Shown: in pieces, positions 36,238-46,916 of the stretch
Position numbering within the stretch: position 1 is the first letter of the stretch
How the letters are laid out: each line of letters starts with the position of its first letter
Source: Chitinophaga pinensis
GTDB lineage: Bacteria > Bacteroidota > Bacteroidia > UKL13-3
DNA length: 64,000 nt
Direction of reading: 5' to 3'
Assembly (NCBI GenBank): GCA_945873755.1
Contig: CAMCEM010000001.1
Location: 19,469-83,468, forward strand
Position numbers and translations under genes: made by a program
The notes under the pieces: model-generated
The model's database searches: none
What the model saw: only the letters and a program-made list of their open reading frames with translations
Told to the model about the DNA's origin: nothing

Positions 36238-37683
36238 ATGAATACAATGAGCGAACAGACATGTGAAACAGTATGGATTAATTGTTTGAAATTAATCCAA
36301 GATAACGTTAATCCCCAAAGCTTTAGAACTTGGTTTGAACCAATAAAACCAATAAAGTTAGACAATAAAATTTTAACAATTCAAGTTCCAAGCCAATTTT
36401 TTTACGAATGGTTAGAAGAACACTATGTTAGTTTATTGAAAAAAACATTAAAACAAATACTTGGAACAGGAGCAAGATTGGAGTATAATATAATAGTAGA
36501 AAACGGTACATCAAACTCTAATCCATATATAGTTAATTTACCAGGAAGTCAAAATTCAAAAATTGATTCGCAAGAAGGCGGACTAGGTTCAGCTTTAAAT
36601 ACCAATATAAAAAATCCATTTGTTATACCGGGACTAAAAAAGGTGAATATTGATTCGAACCTTAACCATAACTTAACATTCGATAATTACATAGAAGGCG
36701 ACAATAACCGTTTGGCAAGAGCCGCTGGGATGTCAGTTGCTTCAAAACCAGGAGGAACAGCATTTAATCCACTAATGTTTTTTGGTGAAACAGGTATGGG
36801 TAAAACCCACTTGGTGCATGCCATTGGAAATATGGTAAAGCAAAATAATAAAAACAAAATTGTATTGTATGTACCTATTGAAAAATTTACCAATCAGTTT
36901 GTAGAAGCAATTCGCAATAACTCCAATCAAGATTTTTTAAACTACTACCAACAAGTAGATGTATTAATTGTGGATGATGTTCAGTTTTTAGAAAACAAAC
37001 AAAAAACACAAGAAATTTTCTTTACCATATTTAACCATTTACATCAACAAGGCAAGCAGTTAATATTAACTAGCGATAGGGCACCAAAGGATTTAAAAGG
37101 AATGGACGAACGTTTGTTAAGTCGTTTTAAATGGGGTCTTTCAGCCGATATTCAATCACCTGATTTTGAAACTCGTTTGGCTATTTTAGAACATATGATG
37201 TATAACGATGGCATAAACTTACACAGAGATGTAGTAGAATATGTAGCGCATAACATTAATACAAATGTCCGCGAATTACAAGGTGCTTTAGTTAGTTTAT
37301 TGGCTCAATCATCGTTAAACAAAAAAGAAGTTACACTTGATTTAGCTAAGCAAATTCTTAAAAACTTTGTTAAGAATAACACCCGTGAAATTTCAATTGA
37401 ATTTATTCAAAAATTAGTTTGTGACTATTTTACTATTCCTGTTGAACAAGTAAAATCGAAAACACGTAAACGAGAAATTGTTCAAGCTCGCCAAATAAGC
37501 ATGTATTACGCTAAAGACTTGACTAAATCATCGTTAAAAACTATAGGAATGCATTTTGGTGGAAGAGATCACTCAACAGTTATTCATGCTTGCCAAACCG
37601 TAAATGATTTAATGGAAACAGACAAAAAATTCAGAGCCGATATTGAAGAAATTGGGAAAAGAATTAAAATGAACTTAGTTTAA
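36238..37683 (+). CDS. dnaA: chromosomal replication initiator protein DnaA
   Basis: GETGMGKTHL (Walker A), the AAA+ core, and the C-terminal DNA-binding helix ...GGRDHSTVIHA. Confidence 0.95.
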   Translation: MNTMSEQTCETVWINCLKLIQDNVNPQSFRTWFEPIKPIKLDNKILTIQVPSQFFYEWLEEHYVSLLKKTLKQILGTGARLEYNIIVENGTSNSNPYIVNLPGSQNSKIDSQEGGLGSALNTNIKNPFVIPGLKKVNIDSNLNHNLTFDNYIEGDNNRLARAAGMSVASKPGGTAFNPLMFFGETGMGKTHLVHAIGNMVKQNNKNKIVLYVPIEKFTNQFVEAIRNNSNQDFLNYYQQVDVLIVDDVQFLENKQKTQEIFFTIFNHLHQQGKQLILTSDRAPKDLKGMDERLLSRFKWGLSADIQSPDFETRLAILEHMMYNDGINLHRDVVEYVAHNINTNVRELQGALVSLLAQSSLNKKEVTLDLAKQILKNFVKNNTREISIEFIQKLVCDYFTIPVEQVKSKTRKREIVQARQISMYYAKDLTKSSLKTIGMHFGGRDHSTVIHACQTVNDLMETDKKFRADIEEIGKRIKMNLV

Positions 37684-37697
37684 AATAAATAAATTAA

Positions 37698-37733
37698 ATG
37701 CCTCTTGACACAAAAATTAAGGGGCATTTTTTT
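37698..37733 (+). terminator. rho-independent terminator after dnaA
   Basis: atgcctctt-(12 nt)-aaggggcat followed by T7. A second weaker hairpin lies at 37743-37764. Confidence 0.65.
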
Positions 37734-37994
37734 AAACAAAAAAGCCAGGCTCCCCCGGCTTTTTGTCTATTGTTTCCAATAGTTTTTCATTTTCATGAAA
37801 AATTTACTCACTCTCTTATATAAACAGCAATAGTTTAATAATAGTTTAATTTTAATGACCTTTATTTATAAATCAATGATATTGAAACCATTATTTTTTT
37901 GCAACGATTTCATTATAAAGCATATAGGCTATATTTTTAGCATATGTAATTATTATAAAAAAAAGAATCATTTTTGAAAATTGACTTTATATAA

Positions 37995-38895
37995 ATGATA
38001 CAAATTTTTAAAGAACATAATGAGCATTCATTTGAATGGGTAGATGTAAATAATCCAACTGAAAGTGAGTTAAGTGAATTAGTTTTAAAATATAATTTAC
38101 CTGAAACAGCAATAAAAGATTGTTTAGACCCTGAACATTTACCCAAATTTGAACAGTTAGAAGGGCAGTATTTTATAATAACAAGAAATTATGATAAAAA
38201 CTGTAACATTACATCAGACAGTATTCAAAAATTAACACATAAAATAGCTTTTTTTTGGAACGATACTTTTTTGTTAACCTTGCATAGGCACGAATCGTAT
38301 GTAATTAATGGGGTAAAAAATAAATATGCTAATGCTAATATTTGTAAGAACCCTTTCGATTTTATTTGTAAAATAATAAAAGATTCATTACAAAGTTTTG
38401 AAAACCCTTTAAATGAATTAGACAAAGAAATTGATTCATACGAAACCCGAATTTTTTTAAAGAAAAAAATACCAGATTTATTAAAGAACTTATATTTAAT
38501 AAAAAGGAAGGCATATGTAAAAAAAAGACTTTTTACATTAACAAAAAATGTAATAGAACAGCTTGAAAACATAAACAAAAGCAATAGTATTTTTGAAGAT
38601 TTAAAGGACACATATGTGAGGGTTGAAACAACTTCAGAAGAAATTTACGATAGCATACATAGTTTATTAAATATTTATATTTCTATTTCGAGCCAAAAAA
38701 CAAACGAAGTAATGCGAGTTTTAACAGTTTTCTCAGCTTTTTTTTACCACTTACTTTTATTGTTGGTATATACGGAATGAATTTTAATTACATGCCCGAA
38801 CTTTCCCACCACTATGGTTACCCAGGAATTCTAATTTTTATGCTTTTATTAACCATTATTATTTACCAATGGTTCAGCAGAAAAGGATGGATTTA
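37995..38895 (+). pseudogene. corA: CorA-family Mg2+/Co2+ transporter, frame broken in a T8 run
   Basis: The track ORF ends [20 protein letters not shown]. Adding one T at 38738-38745 gives [29 protein letters not shown]...QWFSRKGWI*, which restores the CorA GMN signature and both C-terminal TM helices. Confidence 0.8.
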
Positions 38896-38934
38896 ATAAT
38901 GCCTTTGAACAGCAATCAATTTCAGACTTACAAT

Positions 38935-39726
38935 TTAAGCCAAAATGCGTTGCCTAACAGCTTCATAAACTGCTATGCCAGCAGCTACACTTACGTTTAA
39001 CGATTGAACCCCTAAATCCAATGGTATTTTAGCCATTTCTTCGCATTTTTTTAAAATATCAGGGCTTATGCCCGTTTCTTCATTTCCCATTATTATTGCC
39101 AATGGAACTGTTAAGTCCAATTCGTGGAAATTCTTCTTTGCTTTTTCGCTACATGCAATAGTTAATATTCCGCTTTGGTTTAATAATTCCAAAACTGTTT
39201 TAAAATTTTTTTCGCGGCAAATAGGTATGTGCATCAATGCTCCAGCCGAAGTTTTTACAGCATCTTCATTTATGGGAGCGCTATCGGTTGCGGGAATTAC
39301 TATGGCGTGAATACCAGCGCAATAAGCTGAACGTGCAATAGCTCCTAAGTTTCGTACATCGGTAATTCTATCTAAAACCAATATAAAAGGGTTTTTGCCC
39401 TCTTCAAATAATTGTGGAATAATATCTTCAATACTTTGAAAAGCAATAGGCGATAAATATGCCATTACTCCTTGGTGGTTTTTTTGATGTAAAAACAAAA
39501 ATTTTTCCTTGGGAGCATATTGTATGGGTATGGCTTGTTGTTTGCATTTTTTTAATATTTCGTTTAGCACTTCGCTTTTGGCCGATGTTTGTACTATTAC
39601 TTTATTGATGTCTTTTGCTGCCAATAACGCCTCTAATACTGCATGTTGACCATATATTAGTTGGTTGGTATCTATAGGTTTGGGGTTTTGTTTAGGGTAA
39701 AATGCCATTGGCGCAAGGTAAAGCAT
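38935..39726 (-). CDS. rlmB: SpoU/TrmH-family RNA 2'-O-methyltransferase (RlmB-like)
   Basis: YGQHAVLEAL N-terminal domain, NLGAIARSA, and IIMGNEETGIS...SLNVSVAAGI SPOUT motifs. Confidence 0.75.
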   Translation of the reverse strand: MLYLAPMAFYPKQNPKPIDTNQLIYGQHAVLEALLAAKDINKVIVQTSAKSEVLNEILKKCKQQAIPIQYAPKEKFLFLHQKNHQGVMAYLSPIAFQSIEDIIPQLFEEGKNPFILVLDRITDVRNLGAIARSAYCAGIHAIVIPATDSAPINEDAVKTSAGALMHIPICREKNFKTVLELLNQSGILTIACSEKAKKNFHELDLTVPLAIIMGNEETGISPDILKKCEEMAKIPLDLGVQSLNVSVAAGIAVYEAVRQRILA

Positions 39727-39795
39727 TTTTAAAAAACTAATTCATTTTTATATTTAGTCTTAAATTCTATTATTGTATAAAATATTTGATAATGT

Positions 39796-40308
39796 ATGAA
39801 TTTAAATATAGTTAACTGTACTTTAAAACACCGGGCGGTGCTTGCCCAAATTGGAGCATCTACTTTTTACCAATCGTACAAAGATGAAAATACAGAAGCC
39901 GATATGCAAGCGTATATTCAAGATACCTATACTATTGAAAAAATGATTGAGTGCTTAAACAATAAAAACATCATTTATTTTTTAGCCTATAAAGATACTG
40001 GAGACGTGGGTTATGTAAAGTTGTTATTGAACCAAACCAATGAAAAACTAATTGGTTTAACTGCTGAAATAGAAAAAATATATGTGCGAAAGGAGTTTCA
40101 TGGTAAAGGAATTGCACAGCAATTAATGGCACATGTAAAACAGTATTGCGTCCAAAAAAGTTATAAAAATTTATACTTAGGGGTTTGGCAACAAAACCAC
40201 AAAGCACTTAAATTTTATTGTAAAGAAGGATTTAAAACCTTTGATACCCGAACCTTTCAACTAGGAGCTAGGCTATGCGATGATTATATGTTGAGTTATG
40301 ATTTGTAA
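39796..40308 (+). CDS. GNAT-family N-acetyltransferase
   Basis: IEKIYVRKEFHGKGIAQQLM (acetyl-CoA motif A) and LGVWQQNHKALKFYCKEGF. Confidence 0.8.
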   Translation: MNLNIVNCTLKHRAVLAQIGASTFYQSYKDENTEADMQAYIQDTYTIEKMIECLNNKNIIYFLAYKDTGDVGYVKLLLNQTNEKLIGLTAEIEKIYVRKEFHGKGIAQQLMAHVKQYCVQKSYKNLYLGVWQQNHKALKFYCKEGFKTFDTRTFQLGARLCDDYMLSYDL

Positions 40309-40375
40309 AATACAATTAATAATTGACATACTAATAGAGAATTAAAATGGAACATTAATGTTCTTTAAAATAAAA

Positions 40376-41641
40376 CTACTTTACCCAAAACGGAAAATTA
40401 GCACATGCTACTTGTTCGTGGCTATCATAAATATATACAAACAATCGATAAGCTCCTTTTTGAAATGGTGCTTTAAAATTATAGTTTGATAGTTGGTTAC
40501 CACTAACATTTACTGGCACGGCATCTGGGCGTTTTTCTGCATCGCCACCACTTTTGGTAAACTCACTTTCGGGCAATAATTCCCATTTGTATTTAAGGCT
40601 AGTTAAATCATTATGTGTAATATTCAATTGTAAATTGATATTGGCACCTTTTCTAAACTCCAAGCTTTGGTTAGGCAATTGTTTATTTAACAAAAACGAA
40701 TCAATTTTGGGAGCCCAATATTGAGGAGCATTTCCGCTCCAAACTTGCTGTAATACATTCACAGCTTCTGTTTGTTTTCCATCTACAAACACGCCATACC
40801 AAGTAGGGGTTGTTTCCTGTTTTTGTCCCCATAAAAAAGCATACGAACCCATGCACAAAGCACTATCATTTTGAATGTAATTTACATAACGGTCTTTATA
40901 AGTAATGGCTTTTTCGGTTGATGTTTGTTCAATTGCAGCTCCCCATTTGGTTTTAGTTACTTCCCAATGTCCATTTGGACCCCATTCAGTAACCAAATAT
41001 GGTTTTTCCCAGCCAAACAATCTTATTTTTTCGGGCAAGGCGGGTAAATCGCCATAAGTATTAACACCCAAAATATCAATATCAGGACAAGTTTCTTTAA
41101 TTAACGAAACCTCAGGTGCATCAATACCAGCAGTAACCACACAAGTTGGATGGTTTTTATCCTCTTCGTGAATCATGGCAGCAATATTTTGCACTGCTTT
41201 CCATACCGAAAAATCCGTGTATTCTAAATCTACTTCATTGCCTACACCCCAAAGCAATAAAGCAGGATGGTTTTTAAACCTATTTACAATGCTTTTAAAT
41301 TGCTCCAATTGGTCTTGGCAAGCCCATTTCTCGCTATAATCAAAACCATGGCGCTCAGGAGGCATCCAAAGGCCAAGCATCACTGTTAAGCCGCGCTTTT
41401 GCGCTTCATCTAATACCGCTTGAGCATTTTCAGCTCCCCAAAGTCTTACCGAATTTCCTCCAGCAGCTTTGGTTTTTTCCATAAACACATCGCCACCTGC
41501 TCCTTTTACGTAAAAAGGTTTTCCACCTCTTAATAATTGAAAATTTCCTGTTGCTGTTTTTGTTATTTCAACTTTTATAACCTGCGCCCATATTGGGTTT
41601 GTAAGAATTATTAAAATCCATAAAAGAGACCAATTTTTCAT
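40376..41641 (-). CDS. secreted clan GH-A (beta/alpha)8 glycoside hydrolase; family not resolved (GH2/GH5-like core plus a C-terminal beta-sandwich)
   Basis: Signal peptide present. NSVRLWG, HPALLLWGVGNEVD (acid/base NE) and LVTEWGPNG (nucleophile E). Confidence 0.6.
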   Translation of the reverse strand: MKNWSLLWILIILTNPIWAQVIKVEITKTATGNFQLLRGGKPFYVKGAGGDVFMEKTKAAGGNSVRLWGAENAQAVLDEAQKRGLTVMLGLWMPPERHGFDYSEKWACQDQLEQFKSIVNRFKNHPALLLWGVGNEVDLEYTDFSVWKAVQNIAAMIHEEDKNHPTCVVTAGIDAPEVSLIKETCPDIDILGVNTYGDLPALPEKIRLFGWEKPYLVTEWGPNGHWEVTKTKWGAAIEQTSTEKAITYKDRYVNYIQNDSALCMGSYAFLWGQKQETTPTWYGVFVDGKQTEAVNVLQQVWSGNAPQYWAPKIDSFLLNKQLPNQSLEFRKGANINLQLNITHNDLTSLKYKWELLPESEFTKSGGDAEKRPDAVPVNVSGNQLSNYNFKAPFQKGAYRLFVYIYDSHEQVACANFPFWVK

Positions 41642-41646
41642 TTTAA

Positions 41647-43488
41647 TTATGGATTGGATTTTAAAACTTTGAAGTAAAAATAGTGCTCATTATTTTCTAA
41701 TCGTAACAAATATGTTCCTGAATTTAAGAGTAAAATTTGTTTGTTTAACTCAGTTATATTTGGTACAGTTAAAATTTCTTTTCCAACCAAATTAAACAAA
41801 CTTATTTGTTTAGGTACAAAAGGTGCTTCTATTTGTAATTGATTGGTAAAAGGGTTTGGATAAACTGTTATTTGGCTTTTGTTTATAACAGTTTCGTTTA
41901 TAGCAGTAGTAATGGTTTTACAAGGTGTTTCTTCTAAGGCAAATTCATCAAAATAAAATACATCTGTATTATTGGTATTGGGTGCAAATAGGACTACCAA
42001 TTGGTTAATACTTCCTTCAGGGGTTTTATTGTCGGGTTTTAAAATTAATTTAAATGTTAGTTCTTCCCAAGCCCTAGTTTTAGTGGTTTTAGCTTGCAAT
42101 ACACAGCGTCTTCCTGACGGATAATCCAATTGAGATAAAGCCCTGTTTTCAAAATTTATATTTACTTCAGTGCCAATTGGGGCTGTGGTATACAATTTCA
42201 TTTTTAGTATAAGTGTTCCATCTTCAAAGGCTTTTGCATCTCTAATTATATCGGCATTTAAAATTAAAGCATCGTAAGTTACATTTCCATTTCGGTAATA
42301 ACGGTTACATAAGGTTGTATTATTTGTAATATCTTTAGCAGGATTATTTATAGCAGATTTATAAGTTCCATTTCCACCAACCCAATAAGTAGTTCGTAAT
42401 GTTTCTTGGTTATCAATAACTCCTTGGCAAGTATCGGGTAGTGTTTTTACAAAACGACTAATGGTTTGATTCTTTGATTGATGGGTAATGCTAACCTTTA
42501 TGCTGTCGCTTTTTAATCCCCAATTTACTTTTACATTGGGTGTTCCTTGTCCTGATACTATTTTAGCATTAGCAGGAACTGTCCAGTTATAAGTAGCACC
42601 ATTTAATTTTTGAGTATAAAATTCTTTTTGTAAATCGGCTCTTAAAATGGCATCTGGTCCTGAAATAAATATATCGTTTAAGTTTTGATAAACCCTGATA
42701 TAATCAATTTGCATCGATGCTGTGTCTGGTGTTGTTCCATCAGGATATCCTAAAAAATAACCACCAACTGCCAAGTTTAATATAAAATGAAAGTTACGAC
42801 TATAAGGCCACCAAAAATCAGGTAAATCTTTTTTTACTTTGGTACTGTAAACTACATTATCCACCAACCATTGAAGAGTATCGTTTTTCCAAATCAATGA
42901 AAAATTATGAAATTCAGATGTGAAATTGCCAGATGGTAAAGTATAGCTAGTTCCTGTATATTTATTGTTTGGCGAATGAGCACCATAATGTATGGTTCCA
43001 TAAGTATTTTTTGGCTCTTGACCTTTGCCTTCAATTAAATCAATTTCGCCACTCAATGGCCAAGTTCCATGATAATTTTCGGTTGGCAAAAACCACACTG
43101 CTGCCCAATATGCCTGCCCAATTGGCAAGCGCGCCCTCACATCAATTCTACCCGAAGCAAAATCGAATTTATTCAACGACCTAATTCTACCCGAACTATA
43201 AGTACTATTTCCTACGGTTTCTTTTTTTGCATTGATGTTAAGCAAACCGCTACCAACTGCAATATTTCCTTTTTGGTACGATTGACGTTCATCGTTACCC
43301 CAACCGCATAAATTAGGGCAACCATCGCCAATTTGGTATTCCCAAAAATTAGTATCTAATTGTGTGCCATTAAACTCATCCGACCAACGTAAAAAATCTT
43401 GAGCAAAAAGGCCAAGTGGTGCTATAAAAAGAAAATTGAATATTAATTTATATATGTTCATGCTTTTAGCTTGATTTTTAATTTTCAT
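41647..43488 (-). CDS. GH16 beta-1,3(-1,4)-glucanase (laminarinase-type) with extra beta-sandwich domains and a T9SS C-terminal domain
   Basis: WPLSGEIDLIEG is the GH16 E-x-D-x-x-E catalytic motif. The C-terminus (ITVYPNPFTNQLQIE...GTYLLRLE...FKVLK) resembles a T9SS CTD. Confidence 0.85.
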   Translation of the reverse strand: MKIKNQAKSMNIYKLIFNFLFIAPLGLFAQDFLRWSDEFNGTQLDTNFWEYQIGDGCPNLCGWGNDERQSYQKGNIAVGSGLLNINAKKETVGNSTYSSGRIRSLNKFDFASGRIDVRARLPIGQAYWAAVWFLPTENYHGTWPLSGEIDLIEGKGQEPKNTYGTIHYGAHSPNNKYTGTSYTLPSGNFTSEFHNFSLIWKNDTLQWLVDNVVYSTKVKKDLPDFWWPYSRNFHFILNLAVGGYFLGYPDGTTPDTASMQIDYIRVYQNLNDIFISGPDAILRADLQKEFYTQKLNGATYNWTVPANAKIVSGQGTPNVKVNWGLKSDSIKVSITHQSKNQTISRFVKTLPDTCQGVIDNQETLRTTYWVGGNGTYKSAINNPAKDITNNTTLCNRYYRNGNVTYDALILNADIIRDAKAFEDGTLILKMKLYTTAPIGTEVNINFENRALSQLDYPSGRRCVLQAKTTKTRAWEELTFKLILKPDNKTPEGSINQLVVLFAPNTNNTDVFYFDEFALEETPCKTITTAINETVINKSQITVYPNPFTNQLQIEAPFVPKQISLFNLVGKEILTVPNITELNKQILLLNSGTYLLRLENNEHYFYFKVLKSNP

Positions 43489-43494
43489 GGTATT

Positions 43495-45735
43495 TTATTT
43501 AACAAAAATGGAGTCTTGTAAGTTTGCCACCGTAATAAAAAATTTACCTGGTTCCACCATAAATTTATGGTCAAGTCCTACAAAAGCAAGATCGGAAACA
43601 GCAATTTTAAAATTAACTTCTTTCTTTTCATTGCTAGTTAAATCAATGCGTTTAAATGCACGTAACCTTTTAATTGAAGGAGTAATGCTTGCAAATTCAT
43701 CGGCTGCATAAATCAAAACAGTTTCCGTTCCATTTTCCGTTCCTACATTTTGCACATTTACATTAATTGAAATGCTATCATTTACACTTAAGTTTCTGTT
43801 AGCAATGGCTAAATTACTATAAGCAAAATTGGTATAACTTAATCCATGCCCAAAGCTATACAATGGGTTAAACCCTAAAGGTTTAAAATCGTTATTTAAG
43901 GTTTCAGTAAACTTACAATCGTAAGTGGTATGTGTTCCTGCATAACGAGGGAAAGTAAATGGTAGTTTTCCGCTTGGATTTACCTTGCCTGTTAGAATAT
44001 CTGCAATGGCTAAAGCACCTTCATTACCTGGTAAGTAAGTGTATAAAATAGCATCACATAACGGTTCGGTTTTAGCAAAAGTTCTTGGTCTGCCCTCTAA
44101 AAAAATCACCACTATTTTTTTACCTGCTTTCTTGTATAATTTAATTAAATTCTGTTGTGCTTCATCTAACTCCAAATCGTTTATATCACCGGGCTTTTCA
44201 GTGTAAGTATCTTCGCCTAAACATAATACCACAGTATTGGCATTTTGAGCTGCGCTCAATAACACATTTTCAGGTAAATGTTGCGTATAAGTATTGCCTT
44301 TTAAATAGCTTACTTGTGCACTTCCCATTACATTTTTTAGAGCATTTACAACTGTAGTAACTTCAGGGTTAAAGCTAGTATCTCTTCCTTGCCATGTATG
44401 TGTCCAACCGCCATTTAGTGCATTGATATAATCAGCATTTGGGCCTGTTACCAATATTTTTTCATTGCTTGAAAGGGGTAAAATATTATTTGCATTTTTA
44501 AGTAATGTCATGCTTTGGCAAGCCAATTCATAACTCAGTTTTTTGCTTTCTATTTGCTCTGGTTCTTTAAAGTTTTCAACTGGAGTATTGGGTTGGTCAA
44601 ATAAACCTAATTCGTATTTTAAAGTTAAAATTCTAAGTGTAGCTTCATCAATTCTTTCTTGTTTTACTTTACCTTCTTTTACATTTTCAATTAAGTATTG
44701 TGTAAACTCTAAATCGAGCGGAACCATTGCTAAATCAATACCTGCATTGATGGATAAAGCAATTGCTTCTTTATAACTTGCTGCTACTTTATGACGAGTA
44801 GTAAGGTTTTTTATATCTTCCCAATCGGTAACTGTTATGCCTTTAAACTTTAACTCGTTGCGTAAAACTGTTTGTAATAAAAACTTACTAGCATGAACTG
44901 GTTCACCATTTATTTCTGACGAATTAATCATTATGGTTTTAGCGCCTGCTGCAATGGCTTTGGCAAATGGCAATAAATAAATTTCGCGCAATTGACGTTC
45001 AGGAATATATGCTGGTGATCTGTCGTGTCCACTTTGTGGATTGCTGTAACCTACATAATGTTTTAAGCAAGCAGCAAAAGGTTTAACAGTTCCATTATTG
45101 GTATTTTGGTAACCGTTTACCATAGCAACACCCATTTGCGAAACCAAGTAAGGATCTTCGCCAAATGTTTCCCAAAACCTTGGCCACATTGGGTTTCTGG
45201 CCACATCTAACACTGGAGAAAAGTTCCAAGGAATGCCACTTCCTCTTACATCGTTAGCTACTAATTGTGCCATTTTAGTGGCCATTTCAGGATTAAAAGT
45301 AGCAGCCAAACCAATTTGTTGTGGATACAAAGTGGCTCCAACAGTATAATTAGCGCCATGTATGGCATCTATACCATACAAAACTGGAATTTTTAAACGC
45401 GATTGTTGGCTGTATTTTTCAATACTTGTAATTATTTCTTTCCAATGATTTATATTGTATGTATGTCCACCAACGTTAAGAATAGAACCAACACCTAGGT
45501 TTACTATTACATTTTGTAGCTTAACAGAATCTAAAACATGAGGTTCTGTAATGGTTAAACTATCGTAAGCCGAAATCATTTCAATGGTTAATTGAGTCAT
45601 TTGACCTACTTTTTCTTCCAAGGTCATTTTACTTAACATTGCTTTTGCTTTTTGTTCTGCAGTTAGTTTGCTTGCAGTATTACATTGCATAAGGAGCAAT
45701 GAAAAAAGCATAAAAATTAATATCGATTTATTCAT
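43495..45735 (-). CDS. GH3 beta-glucosidase
   Basis: 746 aa. KHYVGYS, GITVTDWEDI (nucleophile Asp context) and the C-terminal FGHGLSYT are typical of GH3. Confidence 0.9.
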   Translation of the reverse strand: MNKSILIFMLFSLLLMQCNTASKLTAEQKAKAMLSKMTLEEKVGQMTQLTIEMISAYDSLTITEPHVLDSVKLQNVIVNLGVGSILNVGGHTYNINHWKEIITSIEKYSQQSRLKIPVLYGIDAIHGANYTVGATLYPQQIGLAATFNPEMATKMAQLVANDVRGSGIPWNFSPVLDVARNPMWPRFWETFGEDPYLVSQMGVAMVNGYQNTNNGTVKPFAACLKHYVGYSNPQSGHDRSPAYIPERQLREIYLLPFAKAIAAGAKTIMINSSEINGEPVHASKFLLQTVLRNELKFKGITVTDWEDIKNLTTRHKVAASYKEAIALSINAGIDLAMVPLDLEFTQYLIENVKEGKVKQERIDEATLRILTLKYELGLFDQPNTPVENFKEPEQIESKKLSYELACQSMTLLKNANNILPLSSNEKILVTGPNADYINALNGGWTHTWQGRDTSFNPEVTTVVNALKNVMGSAQVSYLKGNTYTQHLPENVLLSAAQNANTVVLCLGEDTYTEKPGDINDLELDEAQQNLIKLYKKAGKKIVVIFLEGRPRTFAKTEPLCDAILYTYLPGNEGALAIADILTGKVNPSGKLPFTFPRYAGTHTTYDCKFTETLNNDFKPLGFNPLYSFGHGLSYTNFAYSNLAIANRNLSVNDSISINVNVQNVGTENGTETVLIYAADEFASITPSIKRLRAFKRIDLTSNEKKEVNFKIAVSDLAFVGLDHKFMVEPGKFFITVANLQDSIFVK

Positions 45736-46916
45736 AAGTTTTGTGTTGTATCTATTGTAATTTCATCTAGCCAAAGCTCGCCAGAATTATTTAATTCAAT
45801 TATTAATTGTTTGAATCTTGTAATATCAAACCCTTCTTTTTCAAAGTTAAATTCACTGAAAGGAATATTTACCATTTGCCAATTTTTATTACTAGGTAAA
45901 CTAATTAAATACGCTTGTTTTATTGGTATCATCACGGTTTTGCCATTATAACTTTCAAAGCCAATAGTTAAATTTTTATTTACATTTAAATCAGCAGAAG
46001 AAATATAAAACTGGAGAGAATAATTTTTTAAAGAATCAGGGAAAGAAATTGCTTGCCAATGTTCCCAGTTCATTCCCATTTGGCGCAATTGCTTGCCACT
46101 TTCTGCTTGGTTCCATTTTAAATGAATAGAATGACTCCCTAGAAAAGTTGGATTGTTACTTAGTTCAATTAATTTTCCTTTATAGTTGCCAAAGCCCCAG
46201 CCATAAGGTAAAGCATCTTTAAAAATTGGAGCAGGAAATTTTTGAGTTATGGTTTTACCAAACTTTACATTGCTGCCATTGCGTTCATTGGTTCCGCCAA
46301 TTTCAATTTTATCAATTAAAAAGGCACCTTCGCCTTGGCATTCTACATTTAAACTTTTTATATTACTAAAGTCACTTAAAGGTTTTGAAGCCTGTAAAAA
46401 TGTACTTAAAGGAATGCTTACTTTTTGCCATTCTTCATTAATTGGATAATTAGATAAATGTTTTGCTTTAAGTAAAGCAGCAGTTTGCACACCTGAATAG
46501 TCTTCTAGTAAAAAAATAAGAGTTGGTATAAATTGTTTTCCTTTAATAGCTCTAATATAAAAATCAATACTTCCTTTTTCCATTACATCGGTTAAATCTT
46601 TAGCAGCATAACCGTTCCATCCAATACCAAAGCCAATCCAAGGACAAGTTCCTGTTCTGTTCCATGTTAAACTCAAACACGATTTTCCATTATAAGAAAC
46701 AGTATCGATACGAGCAAAATTTTTACAATTGGTTTGTTCCATTCCCCAAACATCCACCGTTTGGTCGCTGTAAATTTCTTTATCTTGAAATTCTTTAACT
46801 GCATTGTTAGCATAAGTTCCTCCCCATTCATCGGTTAGCTGTGTAGTATGCATACGTATTCCGCATCCAAAGGATATAATGGAAAGAAACAATATATAAA
46901 TAATTGCTTTTTTCAT
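45732..46916 (-). CDS. surface lipoprotein with two tandem CBM-like beta-sandwich repeats (putative glycan-binding protein)
   Basis: SFGCGIR lipobox. Internal duplication (LSLTWNRTG...EEWQKVSIPLSTF versus IHLKWNQAE...KNWQMVNIPFSEF). The start overlaps the upstream stop. Confidence 0.5.
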   Translation of the reverse strand: MKKAIIYILFLSIISFGCGIRMHTTQLTDEWGGTYANNAVKEFQDKEIYSDQTVDVWGMEQTNCKNFARIDTVSYNGKSCLSLTWNRTGTCPWIGFGIGWNGYAAKDLTDVMEKGSIDFYIRAIKGKQFIPTLIFLLEDYSGVQTAALLKAKHLSNYPINEEWQKVSIPLSTFLQASKPLSDFSNIKSLNVECQGEGAFLIDKIEIGGTNERNGSNVKFGKTITQKFPAPIFKDALPYGWGFGNYKGKLIELSNNPTFLGSHSIHLKWNQAESGKQLRQMGMNWEHWQAISFPDSLKNYSLQFYISSADLNVNKNLTIGFESYNGKTVMIPIKQAYLISLPSNKNWQMVNIPFSEFNFEKEGFDITRFKQLIIELNNSGELWLDEITIDTTQNL

